From: a virus
Taxonomy: Duplodnaviria > Caudoviricetes
Direction: 5' to 3' (one strand)
Length of the DNA stretch: 64,000 nt
IMG/VR virus record: IMGVR_UViG_2893967813_000002
Coordinates: 1-64,000 of that record
The notes under the pieces were generated by a model. That model saw only the letters and a list, made by a program, of their open reading frames with translations. It was not told where the DNA came from and searched no databases. Position 1 is the stretch's first letter, and each line of letters begins with the position of its first letter. Shown here one piece after another: positions 29,772 through 39,715 of the stretch. The position numbers and the translations under genes are program-made.

Positions 29772-30074
29772 TCAAATGGCGAATTTTCCTAAACCTACTA
29801 TTTCAAGGTTGATACTCATTCCCATTGCACGAAATACTTTTCTGATTGTCTGTATGGTAAGATTGCTTCCTTTCTCAATGCGAGAAATCTGCGCTTTCTT
29901 AACTCCAATCATTTCGCCAAGCTGTTCCTGAGTGATGTTTCTTGATTCACGGGCTTGTTTGATTGCCTCACCAATCAAGAACGCATCAACCTTTGCTTCA
30001 TATTCGTCACGTCTTGGAGTTCCTTTAACCCCAATTACGCTGTCCAGCATTTCTTCGTGAGTGTAAAGTTTCAT
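29772..30074 (-). CDS. HigA-like XRE HTH antitoxin
   Basis: IKQARESRNITQEQLGEMIGVKKAQISRIEKGSNLT; overlaps the toxin stop. Confidence 0.85.
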   Translation of the reverse strand: MKLYTHEEMLDSVIGVKGTPRRDEYEAKVDAFLIGEAIKQARESRNITQEQLGEMIGVKKAQISRIEKGSNLTIQTIRKVFRAMGMSINLEIVGLGKFAI

Positions 30075-30415
30075 ATCTTCTGCTTTTTATCGTTAAAATA
30101 CTGTTTTCTAATATTCTCTGCCTTATCAATTTCTTTTGATGGGGTCTTCTGCGTTTTCTTTATAAAGCCGTGAGTGGCAATTACCAAAGTGTCCTCTTCT
30201 GTATCCCAAAATGCCAAAAGCCGATAACAGATGCCATTGTAAAGCGTTCTGAACTCCCAAATATCCGTACCTTCCAATTTCTTAAAAAGTTCTTTGTCTA
30301 TGACAACTCTACTTTTGAAGATATTATAAGCGATTTTATCTTGTACCTTCTCCGGCAAAGAATGGATAAATTCATAAGCTTCTTCTGTATAAACTATTTT
30401 GAATCTCGTTTCCAT
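30071..30415 (-). CDS. RelE/HigB (Gp49-like) type II toxin
   Basis: FKKLEGTDIWEFR...YRLLAF...THGFIKKTQKTP..EI; toxin-first order. Confidence 0.85.
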   Translation of the reverse strand: METRFKIVYTEEAYEFIHSLPEKVQDKIAYNIFKSRVVIDKELFKKLEGTDIWEFRTLYNGICYRLLAFWDTEEDTLVIATHGFIKKTQKTPSKEIDKAENIRKQYFNDKKQKI

Positions 30416-30436
30416 TATTAACTTGATTTCCTTTTG

Positions 30437-30468
30437 CAAAGGTAATAAACAGTTTACATATAAAGAAA
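30437..30468 (-). promoter_or_regulatory. TA promoter with palindromic candidate operator
   Basis: TACCTTTG -7 box (30437-44); TAAAC-A-GTTTA palindrome at 30446-56. Confidence 0.5.
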
Positions 30469-30506
30469 CTTTTCGCTGTCTTTTTACATGAATGATTTAT
30501 AATCGA

Positions 30507-30583
30507 CTCGCTTCGCGAGAATAAAGAAAGAGGGAGCAGCCTTACGGCTCTCCCTCTGACGTTTTTTACGAACTCACGAGTTC
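30507..30583 (-). other. Hairpin cluster downstream of VR (DGR target-recognition hairpin and/or terminator)
   Basis: GAACTC/GAGTTC (30570-83); GAGGGAG-AGCC/GGCT-CTCCCTC with GTAA loop on the minus strand (30530-56); CTCGC/GCGAG (30507-19). Confidence 0.6.
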
Positions 30584-30587
30584 CGCT

Positions 30588-33500
30588 CTATTCTATAATA
30601 ACGAATTTTCCGCGGAAGGCGAGCCGACCACCGTAGTACGTGCTCGAGTACGAAGATGCGTAGTTCGCGCTCGCATAAGCGAGACCGGAGCTCGCATTCG
30701 AGTTGTAGCCAGACCGAAGAACACAGCGGCCTCTACTACCACTCATCCAGAAACCGGCAGCATAATGGGTCACATACATGCTTGTGTCTGTCTTGTGAAC
30801 TCGACTCGGAAGGACATCACATTTCGCTCCATGTACGATACGCACAACACAATTCCCGTTGGATGATTCAACCGTTTTGACTGTGCGCTCCGTTTTTGTA
30901 ACAGGGTCGTAAATATGAGCGGTGTAATCAATCGGATATGAACTGTCATTCTCCGTACATTTGGCTTTATAAAAATCTTCATAAGTCGGGACATTGAACG
31001 CAATGTAGTCCATCCATTCGGAATCACAGCCTACATAGTGCTTTAATCCCAAAATGGAGTTAAGGTTGTTCCCTACATTATAGGAATCTCCCATACCAAC
31101 GTTATCCTGTTTGTTCAGGATAGCGTCATGCACACCGTTGCCGACTACCGACTGTTCATTGGTCGTTCCGTTCAACGCCCACCACAAGTTACTGACTTCT
31201 TTGTGCTGCTCGTAGTCCTGCAACTGGTAGCCCGGTCCTCTCATGCGGCAGATATTCTGAAAGTCCTTGGCAGTGTAGTTCAATGTGCCGATTGGCATTT
31301 CAAGCGGATTGCCCTCACTGTCATATTTCCATTCATTTGAGGTTACGGATGTTCCGTTACCTTTCTTTGAACGTACATCGCCGGATAGGCTTCTCGGCAT
31401 CTTCAAGCCGTCTATGGTGATTGGATAGACACCGATAAGGCTGTCATTGTCGCCTACGGTATGCTCTGTCCATTCAGGTTCTATGGCTTCGATGTTGTCA
31501 CTGTCCACAGTCAGACACTCAATGTCCCCGATGTCACGGAAAGAGGTGAAGTAAAACCACTTTGCACCGCTTGGCACATCGCAGAAGATGTAATCTCCAA
31601 TGGAGAAGTCAAAATAAGTGTGGCTGACAGACATGATGAATATGCTTATCGCTCGGTTGTTCTCGTCCGTGAAGACACCTCCGAGGCGCGCATGATTCAA
31701 TCCCGGCCATCTTACCTGCTTCATGCCTTTCACATCCATCCTGTAACTGTTGGTGTTGGATGCGGTGGCTATCACATCCTCGCTCAGAATTTCACCGATA
31801 ACGGCATCATTCGCATAAACACCGGTATTTTCCCGGTATAGCAGCTCTGACAGCTTCGCCTTTTTGCTATGCAACGCAGTTGAAAGCGGTTCGGATTCAG
31901 TAACGGACGGAATGTAATATTTCGCCTGGTTCTTGTAGTCATTCACTCCCTTGTACCAATGATGAGGGGCGTGCCAAAATATGTCAAAGCCCTCTCCTGC
32001 AGAATCGGACACATCAAAACTGCTTCCATCTTTCAGGTAGTTGAAATCCGTATCGCTTACCTGTACGCCTTCCATTTGGTTCTTCTTGGTGTTGTAAGAA
32101 CATTTATAGGCATGGCATCCTTTCTGTATGGCAAGCATATGTCCGCTCGGAATGTAGGTATTCCCATAATCCGCCCCGGTCTTGTTTTCCGGATTGCTGT
32201 ACCTTTCACAAGAATCACTCTCCACAACATCGCTGATTTTTACGATGGAAAATTGAGAGTTGTGAAGTTCAAGTTGGGGAAAATAGGCAGCAAACGCATT
32301 TATTTCGTCTGTTTCCACAAGTTCGCTCAATATCCAACGGCCGGTAATACCGCTACACTGTTCCTTTTCATCATAAGCATTTCCGTTTGCGTCAAGCCCG
32401 ATTGCGCCGCTTTCCTTAATGGAACGCAACAGTCCGACACTGGCGGTTGCATTCACATTGGGAATCCGGACGGTCTTTAGCGCACTCGCATTGACTATCT
32501 GTTCCAATAGCGTCATGGCATCTACATACGGACACTCATTGACAAATATCTTTGTTATCTTGGCTACACCACCGAGCGTCAGTCCGCCGGGATAGGTAAG
32601 GTTGGGCAGGTTGTTCAGCACGAGTTCCGTTATTGTTTCCGGAAGCGTAAGTTTGTCTATCGGCGATGTTTCAGCCAGTGTGATGGCAGAAAGTCCAGTA
32701 TTGTCGGCATATACGGAAACCAGACGAGGACACTTCGATGCGTTGACGGTCTGCACTTCTGTGTTGCGCACATCAAGAATGCGCAAGAACGGCATATCAC
32801 CCAAATCAAGGTTGGTCATATAGCCTGTGTTACCGGGCGACATCGTCCAGTTACCATGCGATTCTCCGCCCACATACAATTCCTGCAACAACGACATCTT
32901 GGGCAATGTGTTTCCAAATTGGGGGTCGATACTGATTTCACTCAAATCAAGCATACTCATGCGGTCTGCCTGATAGATGTATAGCATAATGTTTTCTCCG
33001 TGTTGAAAGTTTGTGAAAACACCTTCTTCTCCGGCTTTCAGGTAAATGCCTTCCGTGATATTTCCGCTGTCATTACCAATGCCAAAATATCCGCTCTTTG
33101 CTGCCTTGAAACGGATGACGGCACCTTCTTTTGCACCGATACGTCCACCGATATAACCACTCTCCGCCTTGAAGTCGCCGCAGCGGTAGTAGCCGTCACG
33201 GATGCGCCAACGTTGTTCAATAAATGCCGGTAGTGAGGTTAGACCCAAGCCTTGCAGGGCATAGAAATAAAGGTCGCTGTACCCTGTATATTTAATATAC
33301 TTGCGTTCTCCGTCATAGCTTGATACCACTTTCTGCCATTTCTTCAAGCGTTCTGTCACGAAATAGTGCATAGCCCCTTTAGGTGAGAAAGGACCCGCGC
33401 CTATACCGAGCGTGTCAGGCAGGGAGCGCATGGTGTCGGCTATGGCCGACAAGGTAATGGTATTGCCGTTTTGGTCAACTTCCATAGTCTGCTGTCCTCT

Positions 33501-36500
33501 TATATCGTTCCACAGCACAGAACCTCGTCCTGCGTATGCACTGTTTGTCAAATCGCCGGGGTCAACTTCCGGGTCAATGGTCTGCCCTCCGTCATTGTCC
33601 TTTCCGTTGCAGGTGTCGCAGTCATATACCTTGTTGCAGTACATCCGTCTTGCCTCCATACCGTTTACACCGCTATATATACCGTCTTTCACGCTGCATC
33701 CGTCCTCCAAGAAGAACATGGGCTGCATATTCTTCGCCTGTTGGTCAACGGCGGCAAGGTAGTCGGTAAACAGGTAGTACGATACCAACGAATAAGGACT
33801 GATGTATTTCCACATCTTCGTCTTCCATATCTCCTGCCATTTTCCTGCAAGTTCTTCCTTGGCATAGTCGCAGCTGTCGCAGAATTTCAGCACCTGATAC
33901 AGGTCGAACGGCACTTTCCGTCCCATGGCCAGGTCTATCTGCAACTGCTCATCGTCAATCATACACTCGAAGTAACGTGTCCACATCGGGTAGGTTTCCT
34001 GTCCAAGTTTCAGTTTGGTAACCCAAGAGGCCTCGGCGGTGGTCGGCTCCATCATGTCGGCAACACTTCCCACTCCCTGCCACCAGTTCATGGCATCATA
34101 GGTCAGAAGTTCGTAACCGCTCACGGGGTTAAGTACTTTCCCGGTAATCTGCCATTTGCCACCAACCTGTTTCATTTCTCCGGTTTGTGCAGTCCATTCA
34201 CCTCTCTCATATGCCATAAAGCGATAATCCTGTCCGCAATACAATGATAAAAGATATAGTTTATCCTTATTTGTTGTTCCATCATTCTTGAAACGAGTTT
34301 CTATCTGGTCAAGATTCTCTCCTTCTTTACCGAAGTATTCTACAAAGTCTCCATAATTGATGCAACCTTTATTGTATCCGGGAGTATCTTTAAAACCAAG
34401 CGCAACCTGTTCTCCTTTGTCTTCTTTCCAGTTTCCTTTGGCGTGAAACCATGCATCGGTAAGGCTTTCTTGTGTCGCACGGAATGCGGCAATGGGATGA
34501 TTGGCTGTCGAATGGTTCATCTGCAATCCTTTCAACGAGACATCGCTTTTGGTCCAAGTGCCGTCAAATGCACGCTGTGCCGGAGTAAGGTAATCACTGC
34601 CAAGAGCACGGAAAGTGGCATTCATCAGGTCGCATACACCGCAGTCGTTTGCCCCGGAACTGTCAGAATAGTCCACCTTTACTGTGATAATCTTCACAGG
34701 AATAGTATTTTCTCCTACACGCACATAGCCTATTTTCATAAGTTCGTATGAAATTCGGGCATCTTCGTTGTCATAGTCCGGGTAGATAGGTGTAACTTCC
34801 CAACCTTCATTTTTCTGAAGATAGAAGCGGTCGTTCTTGATAGGTCGCTTTGCCGATGTTGTTCCCTGTCTTCTCCATTGTACATTGATTGCCTTGAAAC
34901 TTCTCCATGGTCGTTTCGGGTCGTAGTAGAATAGTGTACATTTGAATTTCTTGCTCGTATCTATGTCACCGTCAAATGTGTCAAAGGTCTGCTGGTCTGC
35001 CACCACCACATAATAAGGCATTCCCTTGGCAGAAAGGGCTTCTATGGTGGGGCGGTTTTGCGTGTCAAGCACGTTCTCTTTCTCGTATTCCACAACCATG
35101 GCAGTGGTGTCTGTCAGTTTGCACAAGTAGTTTTGGAACGCCTGTGCCCATTCATAATGACTCTCGTAGGCAAGCATATAGTACAGGTATAGGTCTCCTT
35201 CCGTACCGTTGAACGTAACGGTTCTGTTGTTAAGGATTGCACCACTGTCACTGATATAACCGATACAGCCCACTTCTTCTCCGTTCAAATACAACTTCAT
35301 GCAGGAGTAATTGCTTCCACCCCGTGATACATAAATGGTGGACGGTTCGACAACTACTGCCATCGTGATTTTCTCGCCAGAGCGAAAGCTGCGCTCAACT
35401 AAGGCAGGCTGTCCTGTTTTACAGTAGATAGCAGCTTTGTTGCCGCATACATAGAAACCTGCACCGCTATCAGGGTCATAACACTCTATGAGTTTTGAAT
35501 CTGCTTCCTTGATGTTCTTGGTGGCAAATGCGAATTGGACGGCACAACCTGTAGTCCGTTCGGTGGCAGAGTTCCCGAAAGGGTAGTAATCCAATATCTC
35601 CGCTTTCACATTCTCTGCTATGCGAAGGCATCGTTCGCCCAAGTAGTCCACGAATCCGTTGCTTGACCAGTTTGCGCCCCTTACATCCATAGTTATGCCG
35701 TTGTTTTCTATGGTATGGTCGCTCTCGCTGTTGCTGCGCGCGGAAAAATCATATCCGAACAAAGCTCCGTCCTTGATGGCCATGTCAATGGCACTCCCTT
35801 TTACAATTACCTTGATTTCATTGGTGGACACATTTCCGCTCTTGGCATGTACGGTAATGCTCTGGCTTCCGTCCGTGCTGTATCCGCTTATCTGCTTGTT
35901 CACGGTAAGCGTTTCGGCAATCATGGCTTCCACGGATGTCACTTTCTCATCGTCATAGAAGACATCCACGTGCGTTTCCGTTTTACCCGATGTGTATGCT
36001 GCGACCTCTATGGTAAGGTTATCATACAGGCGGAGCGTACCGTTGTTGGTGTCGTTGAACCGGATTGCCACGATAGGAGTGGTGTCCTCGGCATCAATAC
36101 ACATGATAGCAGAGTAAATGGTATTGCCCCTTACTCCTGATTTGTTTTCCGTTCCGTAAATGCGTACCGGGTATGCCCCATGTGTCATCCGTTCGCCGCC
36201 GCCGAATACATTACTCGGATTGATGGATATGCTCTTGGTGTAACTGTCATTGACTGTTGCCTCTCCCAGTTTCTTCCATTCCCCGTTGTAGAGCATTTCC
36301 ACTGTGGCACGTATGGATGAGGTGTTGTTTGGGAATTTGTAGAACTGTCCTATATTTTTTGCTGTGCCTCCTACGGTCAATGCGGTGCTGCTTGTGTAGT
36401 TGAGCGGCATAGGCTGTTCAACTGTAATATCCACAGCAACAATGGTAATGGCTTTCTTCTTGGTGTTCCCGTCCGCATCGGTAGCCTGAACAAAGAAACT

Positions 36501-38528
36501 CTTGGATGCGGCACTGCTGAAGTACTCAGTAAAGTCAAGTTCAAACTTGTAGTCCGTTGCACTTGCTGAGCCGGTTTCGTTCATTGCCTCGCTATACAGG
36601 GTAAGTCCTGTGCTTGCATCAATGATTGAAACATTACGGATAACGCCAAGCACTTCGTTACCGTCCGGGTAACTGACACTACGCAAAGCTACATTAATTT
36701 TTATCTCGGAACCGAACGCCACAATGGGGGCGGCTTCCTCAAAGTAGATGGACAGGGTGCTGTCCTCGCTCGAACCTCCGCCTCCTCCATTTTTCGGAAT
36801 CTTAAGTACTACATCTTCTATCTGTCCCCCGTTCAGGTTCACGGCTTTGTAGTAGATATATTCCTCATCGCTTTCTTCGTCAAATCCTCCGATTGATTTT
36901 TCCTGCATGGCGTATGCGCCTCCTGTGGAAAGGGCATCTTTCCCTCCTTCTTCCGGTTTATCGGATGTTTCCACGTTGCTTCCTCCGCCACCGAATGCTA
37001 CCCATGGTTTCAAGTCCTCCGGTGTTATGTCGCTCGCTTCACGTGTAAATTGGTAGGTGAGCCACACGGGTGCACCGTTCTTGTCGCTTTCTGCAGTCTT
37101 GAACGTAAGGATGATACCGCTTTTAAGATAAACTTCCCCATTCTCCTTTTCAAAGTCTGACACGGCTTTGATGGCTGTTGACAAAGTGTATTCCACATTT
37201 CCGCACAGAGCATTTACATTGATTATATCGCCTATGCCCTTGCCACCACCTGCTCCGAAATCGCTCCAGTTGTTTTCTTTAAACCAGTCCGATGTATCAG
37301 TCCATTGTTTGGAAACCCATCCGGATTCCGTCAGGAAGGTCAATACAACACCTGGTATTTTCAATACCGGGGAATATTCGGGGGCGGAACACCGGTCAAG
37401 GGCAACGGAGAATGTTATCTCCCTGTCCGCAAGGTCAAACAGTTGGTTGACATTCACAATGCTACGCGCCACGATTTGCTTGTTTTGCGAAAGTATGGTT
37501 TTCCTGTTTTCTTCCACCTGCTTGATGTCTTCCTGTAACTTCGCACCTTCATCGCCGGGAAATGCCGTTGAACTTGTATGTCCGAGAGCGAGGTCTGAAC
37601 CGATGACGGTCAGTTGCGTGCCGCTCCAACGGTAACTCTTTCCATCCTCTTTGCAGAGGAAAACTTTTCCTGAATAAGGAATCCGCCCATTCATGCTTAC
37701 CGAACCGAAATTGTCGGCATCCAGCCAGTTGTTGTAATAGGTGGGGGCAGAAACGGTTTCCCCTGTATTGGGAGCATACGAGATGACAAAGCAACCGTTG
37801 GTCTTGTCATAAACGACATTGCATCCCTCATCGGTGGAACTCTTGTCAAGGCTTGCCGTTTGGGTGGTAATACCGGTAACGATTTCCTGAAACTCAACCG
37901 CATCATCCACGTATGCGGGCAGGTGTCGGCTCGGTATCTTGCCCAGTTCGTCCAAAGGGGCAAGCCCGCCGTTTTCCCCCTTTGAGTTCTTGAATGTATT
38001 CAGCTGACCGCTGACTTCATTGGCTTTGTCACTTGCTTTTTTTGCTGTGTCTTTGACAGTATTGACTTGTCCTTGCAGTGAGTTGACGCTGTTTCCGAGA
38101 GTGGTCAGTTGTGTATCCTGTGCCTTGTCTTTTCCCTCAATGTCGGTCACATCGTCTTGCAACTTGGTAATATCCTCCTGCAATTTTTCAATGGCTTCGT
38201 TATACTCTCCGCTGTCAATGGTCGGATTGCCGCCGCTATGCCCGGTCGGCACCCATTCTCCGCCGTCGGCGACATATATCGGTGCAGGAAGAGAAGTTCC
38301 GACAAGTGCCCACCAGCCGTCATGCGGAAAAGGATAAGCTGCTTTTAACTTTTCAATGGTAGTGTACAGACCTTTTCCTGCTCCTTTGATATTTTTGGCT
38401 TCAAGCCAACCATCTACGACAACATTTCCTTTCAGATGGGTTTTCCCTTGGACAGTGGCATCGCCTCCTATTGCCGTATTGCGACCTACTGATACATCAC
38501 CATCTATATGCTTTGATTCGTAACTCAT
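30588..38528 (-). CDS. 2,646-aa DGR target: tail fibre/receptor-binding protein (LamG-like, CotH-like, LRR-like, C-terminal CLec/FGE fold)
   Basis: VR in the last ~45 codons with the typical R.G...A..G......N..S......GGRLAF end; located in the structural module. Confidence 0.85.
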   Translation of the reverse strand: MSYESKHIDGDVSVGRNTAIGGDATVQGKTHLKGNVVVDGWLEAKNIKGAGKGLYTTIEKLKAAYPFPHDGWWALVGTSLPAPIYVADGGEWVPTGHSGGNPTIDSGEYNEAIEKLQEDITKLQDDVTDIEGKDKAQDTQLTTLGNSVNSLQGQVNTVKDTAKKASDKANEVSGQLNTFKNSKGENGGLAPLDELGKIPSRHLPAYVDDAVEFQEIVTGITTQTASLDKSSTDEGCNVVYDKTNGCFVISYAPNTGETVSAPTYYNNWLDADNFGSVSMNGRIPYSGKVFLCKEDGKSYRWSGTQLTVIGSDLALGHTSSTAFPGDEGAKLQEDIKQVEENRKTILSQNKQIVARSIVNVNQLFDLADREITFSVALDRCSAPEYSPVLKIPGVVLTFLTESGWVSKQWTDTSDWFKENNWSDFGAGGGKGIGDIINVNALCGNVEYTLSTAIKAVSDFEKENGEVYLKSGIILTFKTAESDKNGAPVWLTYQFTREASDITPEDLKPWVAFGGGGSNVETSDKPEEGGKDALSTGGAYAMQEKSIGGFDEESDEEYIYYKAVNLNGGQIEDVVLKIPKNGGGGGSSEDSTLSIYFEEAAPIVAFGSEIKINVALRSVSYPDGNEVLGVIRNVSIIDASTGLTLYSEAMNETGSASATDYKFELDFTEYFSSAASKSFFVQATDADGNTKKKAITIVAVDITVEQPMPLNYTSSTALTVGGTAKNIGQFYKFPNNTSSIRATVEMLYNGEWKKLGEATVNDSYTKSISINPSNVFGGGERMTHGAYPVRIYGTENKSGVRGNTIYSAIMCIDAEDTTPIVAIRFNDTNNGTLRLYDNLTIEVAAYTSGKTETHVDVFYDDEKVTSVEAMIAETLTVNKQISGYSTDGSQSITVHAKSGNVSTNEIKVIVKGSAIDMAIKDGALFGYDFSARSNSESDHTIENNGITMDVRGANWSSNGFVDYLGERCLRIAENVKAEILDYYPFGNSATERTTGCAVQFAFATKNIKEADSKLIECYDPDSGAGFYVCGNKAAIYCKTGQPALVERSFRSGEKITMAVVVEPSTIYVSRGGSNYSCMKLYLNGEEVGCIGYISDSGAILNNRTVTFNGTEGDLYLYYMLAYESHYEWAQAFQNYLCKLTDTTAMVVEYEKENVLDTQNRPTIEALSAKGMPYYVVVADQQTFDTFDGDIDTSKKFKCTLFYYDPKRPWRSFKAINVQWRRQGTTSAKRPIKNDRFYLQKNEGWEVTPIYPDYDNEDARISYELMKIGYVRVGENTIPVKIITVKVDYSDSSGANDCGVCDLMNATFRALGSDYLTPAQRAFDGTWTKSDVSLKGLQMNHSTANHPIAAFRATQESLTDAWFHAKGNWKEDKGEQVALGFKDTPGYNKGCINYGDFVEYFGKEGENLDQIETRFKNDGTTNKDKLYLLSLYCGQDYRFMAYERGEWTAQTGEMKQVGGKWQITGKVLNPVSGYELLTYDAMNWWQGVGSVADMMEPTTAEASWVTKLKLGQETYPMWTRYFECMIDDEQLQIDLAMGRKVPFDLYQVLKFCDSCDYAKEELAGKWQEIWKTKMWKYISPYSLVSYYLFTDYLAAVDQQAKNMQPMFFLEDGCSVKDGIYSGVNGMEARRMYCNKVYDCDTCNGKDNDGGQTIDPEVDPGDLTNSAYAGRGSVLWNDIRGQQTMEVDQNGNTITLSAIADTMRSLPDTLGIGAGPFSPKGAMHYFVTERLKKWQKVVSSYDGERKYIKYTGYSDLYFYALQGLGLTSLPAFIEQRWRIRDGYYRCGDFKAESGYIGGRIGAKEGAVIRFKAAKSGYFGIGNDSGNITEGIYLKAGEEGVFTNFQHGENIMLYIYQADRMSMLDLSEISIDPQFGNTLPKMSLLQELYVGGESHGNWTMSPGNTGYMTNLDLGDMPFLRILDVRNTEVQTVNASKCPRLVSVYADNTGLSAITLAETSPIDKLTLPETITELVLNNLPNLTYPGGLTLGGVAKITKIFVNECPYVDAMTLLEQIVNASALKTVRIPNVNATASVGLLRSIKESGAIGLDANGNAYDEKEQCSGITGRWILSELVETDEINAFAAYFPQLELHNSQFSIVKISDVVESDSCERYSNPENKTGADYGNTYIPSGHMLAIQKGCHAYKCSYNTKKNQMEGVQVSDTDFNYLKDGSSFDVSDSAGEGFDIFWHAPHHWYKGVNDYKNQAKYYIPSVTESEPLSTALHSKKAKLSELLYRENTGVYANDAVIGEILSEDVIATASNTNSYRMDVKGMKQVRWPGLNHARLGGVFTDENNRAISIFIMSVSHTYFDFSIGDYIFCDVPSGAKWFYFTSFRDIGDIECLTVDSDNIEAIEPEWTEHTVGDNDSLIGVYPITIDGLKMPRSLSGDVRSKKGNGTSVTSNEWKYDSEGNPLEMPIGTLNYTAKDFQNICRMRGPGYQLQDYEQHKEVSNLWWALNGTTNEQSVVGNGVHDAILNKQDNVGMGDSYNVGNNLNSILGLKHYVGCDSEWMDYIAFNVPTYEDFYKAKCTENDSSYPIDYTAHIYDPVTKTERTVKTVESSNGNCVVRIVHGAKCDVLPSRVHKTDTSMYVTHYAAGFWMSGSRGRCVLRSGYNSNASSGLAYASANYASSYSSTYYGGRLAFRGKFVIIE
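30621..30730 (-). repeat. DGR variable repeat (VR)
   Basis: 103/110 identical to TR; 4 A>T and 3 A>G changes, all at TR adenines; encodes the C-terminus of the target. Confidence 0.96.
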
Positions 38529-39163
38529 ATTAATACAGATTTTGCCAATTCGTTCAATGCGGAACTTTTCTCCGCATCACCGAATGTCGTTAATACTAAT
38601 GCAGCTATGGTATATACCACAGCGTTGTAACATCGTCCGCAAATTTCTATCGCACCGTATTTGTCAATCTTCGGATAAGGTAGATATACGGCACGGCTTA
38701 CTTTTGCTTCTGTTGTTTTGCATGAATAAAATTCCATCACTCTTCCTTCCGGGCGTATGGATATGGCACAGACAGGGCGTTGGTACGTTCCCCTGATACC
38801 TTTGAATCGGGAAGATTGTCTTGCATATTCCGGGTCATCGGTATTTATGGGATAAAATACTGCACGTTTCCAGTCATCCATTTGGAAAACGACAAAACGC
38901 ATGAAATCCTCCGGAAGCAGTATCCATCCGCTTTCATGCTCTTTCCAAAATATAGCATCACCGAAGTTGTGTCCGCCGTCAAGCAGATAGGGAGGTGCGG
39001 AACTGTGTACACGCTTCACGGCTTCCACAATCTTGGACTTGATGATGTCGTTGAGTGCAAGCGTGTCCACATCACCGATTGCTGCCAATGTGTCACTTAC
39101 CATGTTTTGGTCAAGTGCGATACGGACATCTTTCGCTATGTCGTCAAGTTGATAGACTGTCAT
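38525..39163 (-). CDS. Putative structural/head-tail protein
   Basis: 212 aa between capsid region and tail fibre; translationally coupled. Confidence 0.5.
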   Translation of the reverse strand: MTVYQLDDIAKDVRIALDQNMVSDTLAAIGDVDTLALNDIIKSKIVEAVKRVHSSAPPYLLDGGHNFGDAIFWKEHESGWILLPEDFMRFVVFQMDDWKRAVFYPINTDDPEYARQSSRFKGIRGTYQRPVCAISIRPEGRVMEFYSCKTTEAKVSRAVYLPYPKIDKYGAIEICGRCYNAVVYTIAALVLTTFGDAEKSSALNELAKSVLI

Positions 39164-39177
39164 ACTCTTTTATCCGG

Positions 39178-39645
39178 TTATGACAATCCCTCAAACTCAA
39201 TTCCGTTTGCGGCTGCCTGTTCAGTAATTGCTTTCATGCTGCGCATGGCTGTTCGGCTGATGCCGAATGTATCGGCAAGATAATCTTTTGCTGCGGACAG
39301 GTCGCTCACTTTCACTTTTTTCAGGGTTGGGTCATTTCCATCTGTGGTTTCTCCGTCCTGACTGTCTTCTCCTGTTACTTGGTTATCGACAGTTGGAATT
39401 TCTTTATCTTGCAGATTTTCTTCTGTTTTTGCATTTATCTTTTCACTTTCATCCTGCATACTGTGTAGCCGGAACAACTTTCCAAAATTGTAATGTTTTT
39501 CGATGGCACGCATTATGTCCTCGTTGTCTGTTGTAAACAGGCTGCTACCGTTAGACAGAGGTGTGAACGAAATATGCAGGTTCTTCTTACTTGGAAGCAC
39601 TACGTTGATACTCACGTTGGTGTTCGCTTTATAGGTTTTAATCAT
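39178..39645 (-). CDS. Hypothetical protein downstream of the capsid gene
   Basis: Start MIKTYKAN after the terminator; C-terminal helical nucleic-acid-binding-like segment. Confidence 0.55.
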   Translation of the reverse strand: MIKTYKANTNVSINVVLPSKKNLHISFTPLSNGSSLFTTDNEDIMRAIEKHYNFGKLFRLHSMQDESEKINAKTEENLQDKEIPTVDNQVTGEDSQDGETTDGNDPTLKKVKVSDLSAAKDYLADTFGISRTAMRSMKAITEQAAANGIEFEGLS

Positions 39646-39663
39646 ATACTTGTAAATTAAAAA

Positions 39664-39688
39664 GGGATGGGACTCCTTATCCCATCCC
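39664..39688 (-). terminator. Terminator after the major capsid gene
   Basis: GGGATGGGA/TCCCATCCC stem plus T run. Confidence 0.7.
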
Positions 39689-39715
39689 CGGTTATTGATT
39701 TCTTTTTGTGGATTA

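Larger units (their letters stand above)
28044..30730 (-). mobile_element. Diversity-generating retroelement cassette: VR - hairpins - toxin - antitoxin - TR - spacer - RT
   Basis: RT plus a 110-bp TR/VR pair differing only at TR adenines. Confidence 0.95.
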
